Below are positions 63,779-63,841 of a stretch of 63,841 nucleotides of DNA, one piece after another. Within the stretch, counting starts at the first letter, position 1, and the number at the start of each line of letters is the position of its first letter. Below the pieces are notes generated by a model. It saw only the letters and a program-made list of their open reading frames with translations, was not told where the DNA came from and did not search any database. Where the stretch lies: positions 1 through 63,841 of IMG/VR virus record IMGVR_UViG_3300032088_000004; one strand, written 5' to 3'. The stretch comes from a virus (taxonomy: Duplodnaviria > Caudoviricetes). The position numbers and the translations under genes are program-made.

Positions 63779-63841
63779 CTATTTAAAATTTTCAAACTTG
63801 TCTTTATAGTCTTGTGTAGACTTCTGAGAGAGTTTTTTCTT
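63779..63841 (-). CDS. 3' end of a gene truncated by the window edge
   Basis: ...KKKLSQKSTQDYKDKFENFK*. Confidence 0.45.
   Translation of the reverse strand, partial: KKKLSQKSTQDYKDKFENFK

Noticed and set aside
321-63786. Plus-strand ORFs in the ORF track
   Set aside because: All lie antisense to well-supported minus-strand genes and show no recognisable motifs; treated as shadow ORFs.
1-63841. Stop-codon reassignment
   Set aside because: Conserved genes are full length under the standard code, and TAA, TAG and TGA all serve as stops.
63779-63841. Ribosomal protein bS21 at the right edge
   Set aside because: The position near head genes and a basic tail are suggestive, but 20 residues cannot support the call.

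Overview
This 63.8-kb window is part of a large (jumbo-type) contractile-tailed dsDNA phage genome, and essentially every real gene is on the minus strand. In transcription order (right to left) it holds: a T4-like head/neck/tail module (scaffold, 678-aa major capsid protein, neck proteins, long repeat-rich fibre, sheath, tube, chaperone with a probable frameshift, tape measure, baseplate); a replication module (minimal family-A polymerase, tubulin/FtsZ-like protein, gp32-like SSB, RecA, 5'-3' exonuclease, DnaB, class II RNR, DnaE); a small island (ParB-like gene, atypical tRNA-Gly, nuclease-Mom fusion); and auxiliary genes (GroES/GroEL, ThyX, lytic transglycosylase, cysteine-repeat vWA lipoprotein, dUTPase, GMP reductase/IMPDH, ClpP, glutaredoxin, UvsE, thymidine kinase). 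The most striking feature is at 1-3694 and runs off the left edge: at least 22 tandem 51-68 aa KOW/SH3-like mini-genes (MKVGDLV...LEVISESR). They are joined by a ~33-bp DNA repeat that holds the ribosome-binding site, the start codon of the next gene and the stop codon of the previous one. Individual units recur at distant positions with different neighbours, which suggests a recombination-shuffled cassette library. All product calls come from motif recognition by eye; no database search was run.
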